The notes below the pieces were generated by a model. The model saw nothing but the letters and a program-made list of their open reading frames with translations. It searched no databases and was not told the DNA's origin. Shown here piece after piece: positions 63,801 to 64,000 of a stretch of 64,000 bases of DNA. The stretch's first letter is position 1. Every line of letters starts with the position of its first letter. The stretch covers positions 814,635 through 878,634 of the forward strand of contig JAAOMT010000617.1 of the NCBI GenBank assembly GCA_016748015.1. Direction: 5' to 3'. The stretch is from Geosiphon pyriformis uo1 (lineage: Eukaryota; Fungi; Glomeromycota). A program made the translations under genes and the position numbers.

Positions 63801-64000
63801 AGTGATATTTTTATTATTATAATTCTTTAACTTAAAAACTAAAATTAAAAAAGCTTATCTTTAATAAAACTACTTTAAGTTTTAACAAATCTATTATTAT
63901 TATGTATATATATATTAAAATTAATAATTATTATATTAAACTTATTCTTAATAGTAGTTTAACAAATAGTATTATTATAAGACAACTTATAAATTAATTA
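60880..64000 (+). mobile_element. End-stage hypermutated relic of the same gypsy family (LTR ~60880-61726, PBS relic, gag)
   Basis: ctataatatttagtgttttttataaaatataatttacaaaaaac (61719-61762) aligns to ctgtaatatttggtgcttcctgtgaggtataatcctacaaagaac of copy C with nearly all G>A/C>T; LTR landmarks recognisable at 61350-61490. Confidence 0.7.

Overview
AT-rich fungal genomic DNA. Intron size, gene content and TE families point to Glomeromycotina/Mucoromycota, and the TE proteins resemble Geosiphon-type predicted proteins (inference from recollection, not a search). A CpG-containing gene island (~15.8-29.9 kb) holds dephospho-CoA kinase, exocyst SEC10, sphingolipid C9-methyltransferase and an SPT23/MGA2-like factor, plus a ~0.9-kb non-coding segment that folds extensively on the + strand. 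The rest is nested, decayed retroelements: RNase H-bearing LINEs and several copies of one Ty3/gypsy family, including a three-level nest (LINE > gypsy B > gypsy C, both gypsy insertions with exact 4-bp TSDs), solo LTRs and near-pure-AT relics. The gypsy family has an unusual three-gene layout in all three copies: (1) a GTG-initiated gag-protease-Cys-rich-dUTPase-RT-RNase H polyprotein ending in a conserved stop, (2) integrase as a separate ORF, (3) a ~210-aa unknown ORF ending at the PPT (its 3' end is outside the window in copy A). All TE copies show strong C>T/G>A hypermutation.
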